Virus record (IMG/VR): IMGVR_UViG_3300028886_000059 | Location: 1 to 64,000 of that record | Source of the DNA: a virus | Lineage: Duplodnaviria > Caudoviricetes | Length of the DNA stretch: 64,000 nucleotides | Strand: one strand, 5' to 3' | Shown here: positions 49,184-59,061 of the stretch, piece by piece | How the letters are laid out: each line of letters begins with the position of its first letter | Position numbering within the stretch: the stretch's first letter is position 1 | Translations under genes and position numbers: made by a program | Notes under the pieces: generated by a model | What the model saw: the letters and a program-made list of their open reading frames with translations, nothing else | The model's database searches: none | Told to the model about the DNA's origin: nothing

Positions 49184-50146
49184 TTACGAATTTGCGATTA
49201 TACCATTTGTGAATCGGTCATAGTACACATCGACATCCATGCCGAAATAGAACTTGATACCATGAATGTTACTCATAGTCTCCAGCAGGTCATCCAGTTC
49301 GCCCAAAGACTTCTTTCCGAAATTCCGCTGCTTCAACAGGTCAATCTTATGGCACTTCACCAAATCGCCGAAGGTCTCCAAGTCTGCGGCCTTTAGGCAG
49401 TTCAGCGACCTTACCGTAAGATTCATGTCAACAAGCCTTGTGTTCAGAAGCCCCAATATCTCCTTATCCTGTTCCGACAATTCGCCCATAGCCTTTTCTT
49501 CTGCGGTCTTGTGCTTATCCTGCTCGACCTTGATATTCAGTTTCTCACGCAATTCTGCCAGTTCTGCATCCTGTTTCTTCAACAGGCTGCGCATCATCTT
49601 GTTTTCGGCTTCTGTCTCGTTACACCTGTTCAGCACGTCACCATAGGGCTCAAGGCTTCCCAGCTTCCGCATACCCTTCTCGATAATTTGCCTTGTGCGC
49701 TCACGGGTAATGCCGTACTCGTCACCGATGGCTTCAAATTCCGAACCGTCCAAGTATTCTTTCAGAACACTTCGCTCACGCTCAGACATTATCTCGTTAT
49801 CTACGCAATCTATCATCGTATGAATCATGCGAATCAGTCTTGACGGCCTTTCCATGCCGTTGACCATAGCGACATCCAGCATCCATTGGTCGCTGGCCTG
49901 CCTCAGCTTGTGAACCATTTCGTAATTCTTCTGCTGCAATTCCTTGATGGCCTTTTCAGATTCGGCCAAGTCTTGCAGAGAGTCGAACAGTTTCGTAATG
50001 GTGTCTCTGTCAACCATCAGCCACTTGCCGACCTGCTTTGCACGGAGTACGCCCTTGCTGCACCAGTTCGTTATGGTCTGCGGGTCAACGCGGAGCATTT
50101 CCGCTGCCTCCTGCCTTGAAATCATTCTGCTTTCACTGCTTTTCAT
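49184..50146 (-). CDS. transcription regulator: excisionase-type HTH, sigma70 region-4-like HTH and RNAP alpha-CTD-like domain
   Basis: [20 protein letters not shown]; [15 protein letters not shown]; [32 protein letters not shown]. Confidence 0.85.
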   Translation of the reverse strand: MKSSESRMISRQEAAEMLRVDPQTITNWCSKGVLRAKQVGKWLMVDRDTITKLFDSLQDLAESEKAIKELQQKNYEMVHKLRQASDQWMLDVAMVNGMERPSRLIRMIHTMIDCVDNEIMSERERSVLKEYLDGSEFEAIGDEYGITRERTRQIIEKGMRKLGSLEPYGDVLNRCNETEAENKMMRSLLKKQDAELAELREKLNIKVEQDKHKTAEEKAMGELSEQDKEILGLLNTRLVDMNLTVRSLNCLKAADLETFGDLVKCHKIDLLKQRNFGKKSLGELDDLLETMSNIHGIKFYFGMDVDVYYDRFTNGIIANS

Positions 50147-50562
50147 ACCTTTATATTCATGTTTCGTTTTATCGTCTTTACTGCGGTCTCACGCTTTCCG
50201 TTCACCCACGTCTCTAACTTGGTGTCGTAGAAAACCCCAAATTCGAGGTTGTCATGTCGGCGCATATATATATCGCTGCCGCAACCGTCGAAGTCTGCCA
50301 TGAACACCACGGCGAACCCTTCACCGTGAATGCCCCACAACCCTTTATAGATGCCGTCGGGTACTGGCACACGCTCTACATGTGTGTGCCGATAGTTCAA
50401 CGCTTTCAGGATGGCGTTCAGCCCGTCATTCGTCTGCATGTCATCTTCATGCTTGTGCTCGATGATGACCTTTGCGATGACCGTAAAACGCCCGTTCCAA
50501 AGCATCTTCTCGACGATTACCTCGTCTTTGGTGCTGTAGCTGATGCCGAATACCTTTGCCAT
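50143..50562 (-). CDS. hypothetical protein
   Basis: ORF; start MAKVF. Confidence 0.6.
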   Translation of the reverse strand: MAKVFGISYSTKDEVIVEKMLWNGRFTVIAKVIIEHKHEDDMQTNDGLNAILKALNYRHTHVERVPVPDGIYKGLWGIHGEGFAVVFMADFDGCGSDIYMRRHDNLEFGVFYDTKLETWVNGKRETAVKTIKRNMNIKV

Positions 50563-50566
50563 AGTC

Positions 50567-51217
50567 TTATTCGTTGTCGCCCCACAATTTTCTTGCAAGG
50601 TCGAGATTCTTCTGTGCCTCGTTGACCGCTTTCTTCGCGTATGTCAGCGAATAGGCATGTTCACGCGGGTATTTGCCGCTCTTCAAGCCCTGATGATACT
50701 CGATGGCATCTTCCAGCTTCTTAGCGTAGTAGTCGATGCTTTCAGGCATTGACAGGTTGATGTCATCGGTATGCTGCGCCCATCCTTCGGCCTTGTCACG
50801 GTAGGCTTCGGCCTTATCCATTTCAGCGGCCATCTTTCCAGTATTGCGCCAAGCGTCCTCAATGGCCTTGCGGTGTCTGCGCTCACTGTGATGGCCGACC
50901 TTGATAGGCTCACCCAGCGAAAGAAAGTCTGCATCCTTATTCGACTTGTCAAAATACTCGTCTGCCCGCTTGTCAGCGTTTGCCGCTGCCTGTTCATAGC
51001 GTTCAGCCTTGCGCCTTGCCCGCTCCTGCATGTTGTAGCCGTCGGCACGGGTGATGGAGTAGTAATAGAACCCGTCACGCACAAAGATAAGGTTGTGAAC
51101 GATGCTTTCATTCTCCTTTCCGTACTTCGTCGTTACTGCGATAACCTCGCCCTTTTCGTGCTTTGCATCGCACTTTGCCAAAAATACGTTTGGTGCAAAC
51201 TTGTGATATGTATTCAT
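50567..51217 (-). CDS. DUF3560 domain protein
   Basis: LGEPIKVGHHSERRHRK. Confidence 0.85.
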   Translation of the reverse strand: MNTYHKFAPNVFLAKCDAKHEKGEVIAVTTKYGKENESIVHNLIFVRDGFYYYSITRADGYNMQERARRKAERYEQAAANADKRADEYFDKSNKDADFLSLGEPIKVGHHSERRHRKAIEDAWRNTGKMAAEMDKAEAYRDKAEGWAQHTDDINLSMPESIDYYAKKLEDAIEYHQGLKSGKYPREHAYSLTYAKKAVNEAQKNLDLARKLWGDNE

Positions 51218-51226
51218 ATTCTTTCT

Positions 51227-51267
51227 TGCCAGTGTTTAATCTGTCGGCGGCAGTTCTAAACGGTTTT
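51227..51267 (-). ncRNA. conserved leader RNA motif, copy 4 (operon-internal)
   Basis: aaaccguuuagaa-cug-ccgccga-cag-auuaaacac-uggca. Confidence 0.7.
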
Positions 51268-51450
51268 ATTGTTGTCTGATTCGTATGCGTATTCAAGTTC
51301 AGCAGCCATTTTGCCGCTTGTAACGTCATCGGCATTGTATGCCCAAGCAAGATGCTCTGCCAAGTCATTCAGGCGGGAGAAATCACGCATGGCATAGGCC
51401 ACGACCTTGAAATCCATCTTTGCCAGTTCTTTCAAAACTTTCTGTTTCAT
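51256..51450 (-). CDS. hypothetical protein
   Basis: First gene after an early promoter. Confidence 0.65.
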   Translation of the reverse strand: MKQKVLKELAKMDFKVVAYAMRDFSRLNDLAEHLAWAYNADDVTSGKMAAELEYAYESDNNKTV

Positions 51451-51458
51451 TTCTTCTG

Positions 51459-51501
51459 TGCCAGTTTGAACAGTTGGCTCGTCTGCTTCTAAATGGTTTT
51501 G
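51459..51501 (-). ncRNA. conserved leader RNA motif, copy 5
   Basis: caaaaccauuuagaag-cag-acgagccaa-cug-uucaaac-uggca. Confidence 0.7.
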
Positions 51502-51517
51502 TTTCTATTTGTTGGTG

Positions 51518-51588
51518 CAAAGTTAAGCATTTAATTTTATATTACCAAATTTTTTGCAAGAAAAATAAAGCAAATAACTTTATTTAAC
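51518..51588 (-). promoter_or_regulatory. early-class promoter with operator
   Basis: -7 TAACTTTG, -33 TTTGG, operator. Confidence 0.8.
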
Positions 51589-51615
51589 TCTTTAAACGCA
51601 TTTCTACCTATTTAA

Positions 51616-51669
51616 TAAAAAGGTGCAAGAATAGAAATCAATACTGGCATTATGATTCTACCTTGCACC
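51616..51669 (-). terminator. terminator after the portal operon
   Basis: ggtgcaag...cttgcacc long stem plus U-tract. Confidence 0.6.
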
Positions 51670-51697
51670 CCCACATTATGAACAACAAGAAACCATA

Positions 51698-52120
51698 TCA
51701 TTTAAAGTCTGAGGAAAGTTCGGTGTCATACACCAGCCTACCCGCATAGTCACCATCCTCTTCTTCTCCGCTAAGATGTGCTTTCAGCCATTCACAGCAG
51801 CAGCCAGCCCAGCCGATAAGGTAGCAGAACGATTCGGAAGATTCACTGCAAACAGGTTGGTCGATGTATTCAAAGACATCTATACCCAAATGGCCGCACT
51901 CATGTACGATGTTGATAATCCTGATGGCCTTCACGTCGCGGAAGCGGAACAGCACGACGTTATCCTGCCCGTTTTTCGTGACACGGCAGGCCGTCATAGC
52001 AGGGCAGTTCGCCTCCAGCGGTTCACAGTCAAGTTCAAAGAAGCCACGAATGGCATCCGTACCGACACAGGCCATGAGTCGGAACGGATAGAAGTGCTGT
52101 TCAAATTCGTAAATCTTCAT
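51698..52120 (-). CDS. zincin-like (HExxH) phage protein
   Basis: IVHECGH...SESFCYLIGW. Confidence 0.7.
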   Translation of the reverse strand: MKIYEFEQHFYPFRLMACVGTDAIRGFFELDCEPLEANCPAMTACRVTKNGQDNVVLFRFRDVKAIRIINIVHECGHLGIDVFEYIDQPVCSESSESFCYLIGWAGCCCEWLKAHLSGEEEDGDYAGRLVYDTELSSDFK

Positions 52121-53535
52121 TGTTCAGTCGGTTCATTAGGTTCTGCTGGCTTCGCAAGTTCTGCCTTCCTCTGTGCGTCTGCCACTATCTTCTCAATCTC
52201 CTGCTGCGGTGCATCGGTGATGGCCAGCATCGTAACGGCGGTTTCCAACGATACGAGGCCACGCTGGTACAATGCACCGATGGCAGTCCACTGCGTTTGC
52301 TTATCCTCTGCAAACGGCTCTGCATATTCGCCCTTAATCCTTAATGCGTCGATTTCCGTCGCCATTTCGGGATGCAGCAGCTTCAGCAGCGCAAGTTTCA
52401 GGTTCTTGTCACGGTCAAGCAGCACGTCGTATGTTTCTTTCAGGTTGTCGCGCTTCATGTAGCCAAGCGTCAACGCCCTGCGCAAAGCCTCGCCGCTGAG
52501 TGTTCCAAGCCCCTTCATCTTCTCAAACGAGAAATCAGGCGTGAAGGAGTCATTCAGGATGGAATCATGCAGGTTGTCATGCTCATCCCTGCGCGATGCG
52601 CTGTCTGACGGCGGGTTGACATAGCCGAAACGTGATTTTTCGCCAGTAAGCTGAATCATCCTTCCGACGGTCTCTCCATTCTTGAGGTATTGCAAAACGT
52701 CTGCTGTTGCCTCTGCCAGCGGGTCGGCAAAATAGTTGTTGTTGTCGGCATGTTTGGAATCGTTCATTTCCTCACGGGTGATTCTGCGCTCCGTGCCATC
52801 CCATGACTTATCCTGATTGAAGTAAATCACTGGAATCTTGCCGAGGATGTTGTCATACACAGTGACCTGCCATCCCACGGCAGAACGCTGGCACTGGAAA
52901 TAGTAGTCGGAAGTCCAAATGTCATAGTGCTGCACATGGTTTCCATTTTCCTTCAAGGTATATCCCAGCGCAAAGGCCACCATGTTCTCATACTGGTCAA
53001 TCAGCGGATGCAGCCTGTAGCCCTTTGAATACGCGGCCACGAAATTATGGTATTTCAGCACACCGTTCTCTTGGTACAGCTGATAGACAAGTGCCGATTC
53101 CAGTTCCGAGCCTGCCAGTCGCTTGCACTGCCTCCACTTGGCATGAAAGCGCGTGTCATCCAGCATGTCCTTATACAGCTGGAATGCCCTGTCAGTACCC
53201 TCCTTCTTCTGCCACTTCGGGGGTTTGGCCAGCAGGAAGAAGAGTTCCACCTCATTGATGTACCTCTGACGGGTTCGCGGCAGCTTCTCCGTCTGATAAG
53301 GCTCTTGCCCTTCCCTCCACTTGTTCGGGCGGTTCATTACATCGTGCGTCTGCCAGTTGTATTCACGAATGGCATTCGTCACAGCTAATTCGTGGTCTTG
53401 CATCAGGCTGATAGCATGAGCCACATCGTTCTCAAGAATGTAGGCGTACAGTTCGCGCAATACGCCTGCACTGTTAAGTGTGACACCCCTAAACTGCGTC
53501 AACACCTGTAACTGATAATCGTCCAATATTGGCAT
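52117..53535 (-). CDS. portal protein (SPP1-like)
   Basis: Follows terminase; KIPVIYF, SFTPDFSFE..LSGEAL. Confidence 0.9.
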   Translation of the reverse strand: MPILDDYQLQVLTQFRGVTLNSAGVLRELYAYILENDVAHAISLMQDHELAVTNAIREYNWQTHDVMNRPNKWREGQEPYQTEKLPRTRQRYINEVELFFLLAKPPKWQKKEGTDRAFQLYKDMLDDTRFHAKWRQCKRLAGSELESALVYQLYQENGVLKYHNFVAAYSKGYRLHPLIDQYENMVAFALGYTLKENGNHVQHYDIWTSDYYFQCQRSAVGWQVTVYDNILGKIPVIYFNQDKSWDGTERRITREEMNDSKHADNNNYFADPLAEATADVLQYLKNGETVGRMIQLTGEKSRFGYVNPPSDSASRRDEHDNLHDSILNDSFTPDFSFEKMKGLGTLSGEALRRALTLGYMKRDNLKETYDVLLDRDKNLKLALLKLLHPEMATEIDALRIKGEYAEPFAEDKQTQWTAIGALYQRGLVSLETAVTMLAITDAPQQEIEKIVADAQRKAELAKPAEPNEPTEQ

Positions 53536-53548
53536 AGTTCTTTCCGTT

Positions 53549-54904
53549 TTATTTGATTGCAATCTTACTATTCTTCTTTGTCACCTTTAGATTCTTCACT
53601 ATCTTACCCAGCAGCTTGCCGAGCGTGTAGTAGCGGGCAGCGTCGATGGCGTGATTCCACTTGTCAACGGGAACGTTGATATAGTTTCCATCCTTATCCT
53701 TATCCCAAACGTAGTTGCGCAATTCCTCTTGCAGGTCGATGGAATCTTCCGTAACGAAGATGTCATCATAACTCTGCATCTTGTCAATGCCAGCCACTAT
53801 TGAGCCATTCGGCTTCTGAACTGGATATATCATTATTCCACCAAGGGCGATTTCGTCGATGAGTCGCGGGTCTGCGCTATCGGCGAACACCATCAATCCA
53901 CTATACGGCTTCAAGAACTCGATGATGTCCTTTGACAGCATTCCAGTCCTGTAGCACAGCAGTTTTATATAAAGCCTGTTATCCCATATTCCGCACATCA
54001 CAATGGCCGTTGGGTCATGTGTGTAACCGAAGTCTATTCCGAGCGCAACATGCTTGCACTGCGTCGGGAACTCCTTCACGATACCCCATTTCTTGAACAC
54101 AGCACCTTCCGCAACATCAGCCCATTGGCCGATGACGATGTGCGCATACCTTTCAGGGTCATTGCGCTTCATGGTTTCCACGTTCTCAAGGAACTGCGGG
54201 GATAGGTTCTCTATGTTGTCAAGGTATGTCGTATGGATATGAAGCACGTCGGGATGCGTCGAAATCTGCACTGGCACACCGTCGAAGTATTCAATCCTGT
54301 GCGTGTCCTTTATGTATTTCTGATAGATGAAGTGTCCGCTGTCCGTCGGGTTCATCACGATGATGATGAGGTTCTGAATGCCCAAGGTACGGATGGAAAG
54401 CATGATTTTCTCGAAGTCATCAAACGAAGTCCACTCTTCCGCTTCATCACAGACAAACACCGTCAGGCCGTGGATTGATTTCAGCTTTGCCGTCTGATTG
54501 CCCGATGAGGTCTTGATGCCTCGGAACATGATATGTGAGCCAGTCTGCTTGTTGATGACATCCTTCTTTGTGGCACGGAAATACTTCTGCGTACCCTCCA
54601 TCTCTATCTTCTCCAAAAATTCGGGGATGACAGAAATATCGGCTGATACCATCGTATAGCGGGCGCAAAGAATCTGATGTGCAAGCAATTTCGCATCATC
54701 GCGGGGGCTCGGCACGGCTTCAAAGGTCAGGCGTTCCAAGAAGGTTTCGACATTGAAAGACTTACCGCTTCCACGGCCTCCAGTGACAAGCACAATCATC
54801 TTTCTGCCGTTGTTCAGATAGAGAGGATGGTAAACAGGCTGCACCTTGATACCCTTGCGCACCTGCCCTCGTAAAACCTTCCGTCTATCTGCTACCCTTG
54901 TCAT
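53549..54904 (-). CDS. terminase large subunit (PBSX-like)
   Basis: Walker A GGRGSGKS, CDEAEE, GIDFGYTHDPTA, NHAIDAARY. Confidence 0.95.
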   Translation of the reverse strand: MTRVADRRKVLRGQVRKGIKVQPVYHPLYLNNGRKMIVLVTGGRGSGKSFNVETFLERLTFEAVPSPRDDAKLLAHQILCARYTMVSADISVIPEFLEKIEMEGTQKYFRATKKDVINKQTGSHIMFRGIKTSSGNQTAKLKSIHGLTVFVCDEAEEWTSFDDFEKIMLSIRTLGIQNLIIIVMNPTDSGHFIYQKYIKDTHRIEYFDGVPVQISTHPDVLHIHTTYLDNIENLSPQFLENVETMKRNDPERYAHIVIGQWADVAEGAVFKKWGIVKEFPTQCKHVALGIDFGYTHDPTAIVMCGIWDNRLYIKLLCYRTGMLSKDIIEFLKPYSGLMVFADSADPRLIDEIALGGIMIYPVQKPNGSIVAGIDKMQSYDDIFVTEDSIDLQEELRNYVWDKDKDGNYINVPVDKWNHAIDAARYYTLGKLLGKIVKNLKVTKKNSKIAIK

Positions 54905-55632
54905 TCTTCGCTTTCAGTCGTTATGTCATTTTCTACATTCTTCCAGTCATCCGTCATTTCCGCATCTATCCAGTGAGATACAGGTATGCCCTGCTTGACG
55001 TTCTGCGGCAATTCTTCATCATCCTCGATTCCGCGCTGGATTTTCCTCCAGTTCGGGTCATGGTGAAACAGAAACGTCGATAGTGCCTGAATGTTCGGTG
55101 CAAGTTCCGATTCCGTCTCTTGAACTACGGCCTTATCCGTCAGTACAACGATGCCAGTACCACCACAATCGGGGCATTTAGGGTCGTTTCCGTTACAGAT
55201 ACAACGCGCCTGCACATACCTTGTTGTAACCGACTTAATCTTCCTTCCACCGATGGCCGCACGGTAGTATGCAGCCCTTGCAACACCGATGGCCTTTTCC
55301 CGCGCACGGGCTAAGACGTGTGCGATGTGAGCGGAGCGCACGGCGTTTTCTGATGCTGTCCACCTGTTGTAGTTTCCGTTTTTCATGTGGCTGAACACCT
55401 CGCGTGAAATGTCGAGTTGTGCCGCAATCTCGGTGTCGGTCATCCCCTGTCCTGCAAGCTGGTCAATCTTCTTGAAAAAGATACCTTCGGGGTCATCGTA
55501 GTCGTATTTGGCTTTGGAGTCGGGAACCTTGACGAGCGGCGCAGATGTCTTGCGTCGCTTTGTAGCGGCCTTTTTCACCGTTTTCTTTTTCGGCTTGGCT
55601 GCTGCTTCGGTCTTTTTCTTCCTTTCTGCCAT
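54901..55632 (-). CDS. terminase small subunit (HTH, with CxC..CxxC insertion)
   Basis: GMTDTEIAAQLDIS; ELAPNIQALSTFL; directly upstream of TerL. Confidence 0.75.
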   Translation of the reverse strand: MAERKKKTEAAAKPKKKTVKKAATKRRKTSAPLVKVPDSKAKYDYDDPEGIFFKKIDQLAGQGMTDTEIAAQLDISREVFSHMKNGNYNRWTASENAVRSAHIAHVLARAREKAIGVARAAYYRAAIGGRKIKSVTTRYVQARCICNGNDPKCPDCGGTGIVVLTDKAVVQETESELAPNIQALSTFLFHHDPNWRKIQRGIEDDEELPQNVKQGIPVSHWIDAEMTDDWKNVENDITTESEE

Positions 55633-55638
55633 GATGCT

Positions 55639-56481
55639 TTACTCCAGTATGTCAATTTTATCCATGAGTTCGCGCCCGTCCACGAATTTGCTATTGGGGT
55701 CGAATCCCAGCTGAATGAGTGCGCCCTGTGTCTCTTGGGGGTTGGGGAACGATACGATGAAATACGACAACATGCCGCCGTCGTTGTTGGTGTCGGACTT
55801 CTTGTTTATGCGGTCTTTGATTTTCTGCACTTCGTTGTGACGCGCAATCTGATTCTCGGCACTGTCGGCCATGAAATCTACGCTGCGGTCAAGTTTCGTG
55901 TTCTCCTCGCTTCCGTGGGTGTTCGCATCAACCTGTGCAAGATGCTCGCTATCCTGTGTCAGATTACCCTTTCGCCAGTCGTTAGCGGGGTCTGTCTCTT
56001 CGGGTATGTCGGTGATGTTCCGAAATTCCTCATCGTCAATGGGTGTTATACCCAGCATGTCGAGGTCGAAGTCGTTGAAGCCTGCGGCCTTGTGGTCTAT
56101 CTTTGCCAGCACGTCACGTAACAGGTCATCGTCGAAGTCGCCCTGTACGGCCTTGTTGTTCAAGAACATGTTCTGTTCCATCTCCTCCTTTTCTGACAGA
56201 TGAACCACCTCCACGCGGATTTCATAGTCGTTTTCATGCGTTTCAGAATTGTATTTGTTCACCTCGTCGATGATTGACACCTTCTGATGACCGCCAACAA
56301 GATTTCCGCTTTCCTCATTCCACACGATACCGCCCATAAGCCCCAGCCGCTTCAAGTTGGCCTTTAGCTGCTTTCGGGCTTCTTCCGAAATCTTGCGGGG
56401 ATTGTATGATGCAAAGTTTATCTGACTTCTCAGGATTACCCTGCATTCAGCTTGTGCGATTTTACTTTTCTTCACTGCCAT
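55639..56481 (-). CDS. ParB-like N-terminal domain protein
   Basis: ASYNPRKIS...GIVWN..GNLVGGHQK...FLNN. Confidence 0.85.
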   Translation of the reverse strand: MAVKKSKIAQAECRVILRSQINFASYNPRKISEEARKQLKANLKRLGLMGGIVWNEESGNLVGGHQKVSIIDEVNKYNSETHENDYEIRVEVVHLSEKEEMEQNMFLNNKAVQGDFDDDLLRDVLAKIDHKAAGFNDFDLDMLGITPIDDEEFRNITDIPEETDPANDWRKGNLTQDSEHLAQVDANTHGSEENTKLDRSVDFMADSAENQIARHNEVQKIKDRINKKSDTNNDGGMLSYFIVSFPNPQETQGALIQLGFDPNSKFVDGRELMDKIDILE

Positions 56482-56484
56482 AAC

Positions 56485-57261
56485 TTACTCCTCCTCCAGT
56501 TCTATGTCATCCGACTGCAAGTTTTCGGGCATTTCCGTCTTGGTGGTTATGCCGTGCTCGTAGTCGAAAATCAGTTTTTCGCAATATGGGAACTCCTGCA
56601 AGCACCTTTGATAGTCACGCGGGTAGTTCTTTCTAAGAAACAGCAGATGGTCGAGGTCTATAGCCAAACCCTGCGACACATTGCCCTTCACGTATTCCAG
56701 CGGCCTAATCAGAGACTTCGCCTTGATGTACTGCAACACCTCGCCGTTAGTCCACACGGCCAGCGGGTAAACCATGCCCTTCTTGGTCATGTATGTACCG
56801 TTCTGCTTCTTGAACATCAGCAGACGCATACGCTTCATGTAGCCATCCACGCCCTTCATGCCGCTAAAGGCATAGGGTACGCCAGTTTCCTGCCTTACCT
56901 GTTCCTCGATTTCGCCGATGGAGCGCATACGCAGGTGGTTCGGGTCTTTCTTCGGCAGCAGATAGCGGGGGTCGGGGTCGCAGAAGAATCCTCCTGCCTT
57001 GAATGCGTCATGCTGAAAATGCAGGATTTTCCGTACTTCGACATTCTTGTAATGCTTCTCAGCCCAATCAATGTAAGGCTGCACATGGTCGCAGTTGTTC
57101 ACAAGGTACATGTAATAGCAGATGACCTTCGGGAATGTCGTTGCCAGCATCTCCAGCAGGGCGATGCCGTCTTTGCCACCAGCCGAATAGAATAGTACGG
57201 CAGTGTCGGTCTTTTCGCGGATGCCCTTGATGATGGCCATTGTCTCTGAATACTTGCTCAT
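56485..57261 (-). CDS. PAPS-reductase-like PP-loop (HUP) protein
   Basis: LFYSAGGKDG PP-loop; GMKGVD..R; YPLAVWT..EVLQYI. Confidence 0.85.
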   Translation of the reverse strand: MSKYSETMAIIKGIREKTDTAVLFYSAGGKDGIALLEMLATTFPKVICYYMYLVNNCDHVQPYIDWAEKHYKNVEVRKILHFQHDAFKAGGFFCDPDPRYLLPKKDPNHLRMRSIGEIEEQVRQETGVPYAFSGMKGVDGYMKRMRLLMFKKQNGTYMTKKGMVYPLAVWTNGEVLQYIKAKSLIRPLEYVKGNVSQGLAIDLDHLLFLRKNYPRDYQRCLQEFPYCEKLIFDYEHGITTKTEMPENLQSDDIELEEE

Positions 57262-57282
57262 AGTTCCGTTTATGTAATTTTT

Positions 57283-57951
57283 TTAGTTTGAGCCGCCCAA
57301 AGCTGTACGCAAGGCAGCTGCTATCGTATTTCCGCTACCTCGGCGCAATACCCTTTCGCGGTCACTCATCATCCTATCCCAATCATCGTATGTCTTAACC
57401 CTGTCAAGGTTGATTTCCCTGCTTGGGCTATAGCTTCGCATCATTGCCGACAATCCTTTTGGAAGGGTCATGGCAACGACGGGGAGGCGTGTGCGGCCAT
57501 CCCAATCAGACGGTGCTAAATCGTCATCCCATTCTACTTTTCCGATGGCTTTAGCACCATATTTCGCATACATATTCTGTAATCCACCACCATAGCAATC
57601 CAGCTTTCGGCCACCCCTTGCAGAAGCGAATGCCATGATGTTGGGCATCCTTCCGCGTGTCCTGCTGAATACGGCCTCCACATTGCCGTCGCTTGTTATG
57701 GCGAGTCCTGTCTTGTGGTCTTTAGAAAGGTAATAAGCCGTGCCACTGTTACGGTTATTCCTGAACTGTTTCTTTGTATGGGTGTCAACCATCCAGCCGT
57801 GCCTGTTTTTCTTCTTGGCATAGTTGATGGCATTCTTGAAAGCCTTTGGCGTTGCACGTTCAAATTCTACATGAGAATGACGAATACCCTTTCTTGTCAG
57901 GGCATTCTCGACGCGCTTGTTTGCTTTTTCAATATCGCTTATGTACCTGAC
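57283..57951 (-). CDS. divergent GNAT-like protein with probable GUC start
   Basis: Frame open 53 codons upstream of the first ATG (57792), beginning at GTC directly after TGA; GGRKLDCY..L..MY..YG..WDDDLAPSDW motif. Confidence 0.7.
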   Translation of the reverse strand, partial: VRYISDIEKANKRVENALTRKGIRHSHVEFERATPKAFKNAINYAKKKNRHGWMVDTHTKKQFRNNRNSGTAYYLSKDHKTGLAITSDGNVEAVFSRTRGRMPNIMAFASARGGRKLDCYGGGLQNMYAKYGAKAIGKVEWDDDLAPSDWDGRTRLPVVAMTLPKGLSAMMRSYSPSREINLDRVKTYDDWDRMMSDRERVLRRGSGNTIAAALRTALGGSN

Positions 57952-57964
57952 TCAGCCGTTCCGT

Positions 57965-58162
57965 TTACATTGTCAAAATATCAGCCATCAATTCAGGGCT
58001 GCTATAATCCATGTCACTATCCAGCGAATCATCGCTGGGGCTGTCTGCCAGTTTTCTTGCCTCATCCTCTGTCAGGTAAGGCTTTCCATTCTCCTTGATT
58101 TTGCAGAGCTCCTCAAAAAGACGCTGGCGATATTCAGCAATCTGTTCTTTCGTATGCTTCAT
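57965..58162 (-). CDS. small acidic hypothetical protein
   Basis: Follows an early promoter. Confidence 0.65.
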   Translation of the reverse strand: MKHTKEQIAEYRQRLFEELCKIKENGKPYLTEDEARKLADSPSDDSLDSDMDYSSPELMADILTM

Positions 58163-58181
58163 TGTTGTTCAATTAATAGTG

Positions 58182-58253
58182 CAAAGATAAAGCAAATAAA
58201 TTGATTTACCAAATATTTTTCGTTATTTTTTGTTGCATATTACTTTATTTAAC
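58182..58253 (-). promoter_or_regulatory. early-class promoter (degenerate operator)
   Basis: -7/-33 boxes at the conserved spacing. Confidence 0.7.
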
Positions 58254-58270
58254 TCTTCCGCTAAATCAGA

Positions 58271-58308
58271 ATGGCCACCACCATCATTTTGCTGACGGCG
58301 ATGGCCAT
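58271..58308 (-). terminator. 16-bp hairpin after the Arg-rich gene
   Basis: auggccaucgccguca/ugauggugguggccau. Confidence 0.6.
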
Positions 58309-58329
58309 GAGGTCGGCTCAAGGCAACCT

Positions 58330-58584
58330 TTAGCCCTCAGAGCCTGCGGCAGCACGAAGGGCGGCGGAGCGCAAGGCTGCACCACGAACACCACGCGCCC
58401 GCATAGCGGCTACGTTCTGACGTGCTTGTCGGGCGAATGCCACACGAAGGTCTTGACGACGCTGTTCACGGTTTCCCCAACCTGCACGGCCAGCCGCATA
58501 ACGGCCACCATTTGCCAGTCGGCGACTACCTGCACCGTTCACGTTTGACGTGATACCAGTGATTCGATTGATTCTGTTTCTGAC
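58330..58584 (-). CDS. small Arg/Gly/Ala-rich basic protein with probable GUC start
   Basis: VRNRINRITGITSNVNGAGSRR...AAAGSEG; no in-frame ATG near the start; GCTGA-GTC-AG context. Confidence 0.7.
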   Translation of the reverse strand, partial: VRNRINRITGITSNVNGAGSRRLANGGRYAAGRAGWGNREQRRQDLRVAFARQARQNVAAMRARGVRGAALRSAALRAAAGSEG

Positions 58585-58617
58585 TCAGCATTCAAATTAA
58601 AGGGTTCGACATTATTG

Positions 58618-59028
58618 TTAGTTGTCTGAATGGGCATCCTGTTCCTCGTCGAAGATTTCACAGTTCTCTTTCTGCATGACTTCGCCGAGTTCATACTGCA
58701 TTTGCGTAACATAGTAGGTCTCGCCGTTATCCACGAAGGTAAGCGGCTCGCCAGTCTTTTCGTCATCCATCTGAACGACCTTAATCCCAACGACCTGCAC
58801 CAGCAGACGGGGGGCATTCTTCTGACGGCCATTGATAAGCTGCAAGGCATCGTAGCCCACAACCTCGACATCGCTTGTGCCGTCGCCGTTGTCCTTTTCC
58901 ACCAAATACTGCTTGGCGTTACGCGGGTAAACAAAGCGGTGCTCGACCTTTTGCTCACCCTTCAAGATTTTCTTGAAACTGTCGCGCTTGATTTGTAGCG
59001 TCAGTACATCTAATCCTTCTAAATTCAT
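58618..59028 (-). CDS. ASCH/PUA-like domain protein
   Basis: LTLQIK..F..IL.GEQKVEHR...LQLINGR..APRLLV. Confidence 0.8.
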   Translation of the reverse strand: MNLEGLDVLTLQIKRDSFKKILKGEQKVEHRFVYPRNAKQYLVEKDNGDGTSDVEVVGYDALQLINGRQKNAPRLLVQVVGIKVVQMDDEKTGEPLTFVDNGETYYVTQMQYELGEVMQKENCEIFDEEQDAHSDN

Positions 59029-59061
59029 TTCAATTCCGATTTAATTGTTACTATAATTTTG

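Noticed and set aside
58261-58330. Possible HDV-like/theta ribozyme near the tRNA locus
   Set aside because: It folds as two simple hairpins; I could not build the nested double pseudoknot.
58539-58958. Overlapping 139-aa ORF, or AUG-CUG-AGU plus a +1 frameshift as the start of the Arg-rich gene
   Set aside because: The 139-aa ORF is a shadow frame of the ASCH gene. The AUG frame stops after 21 codons, and the second GCTGAGTCAG site has no equivalent AUG.
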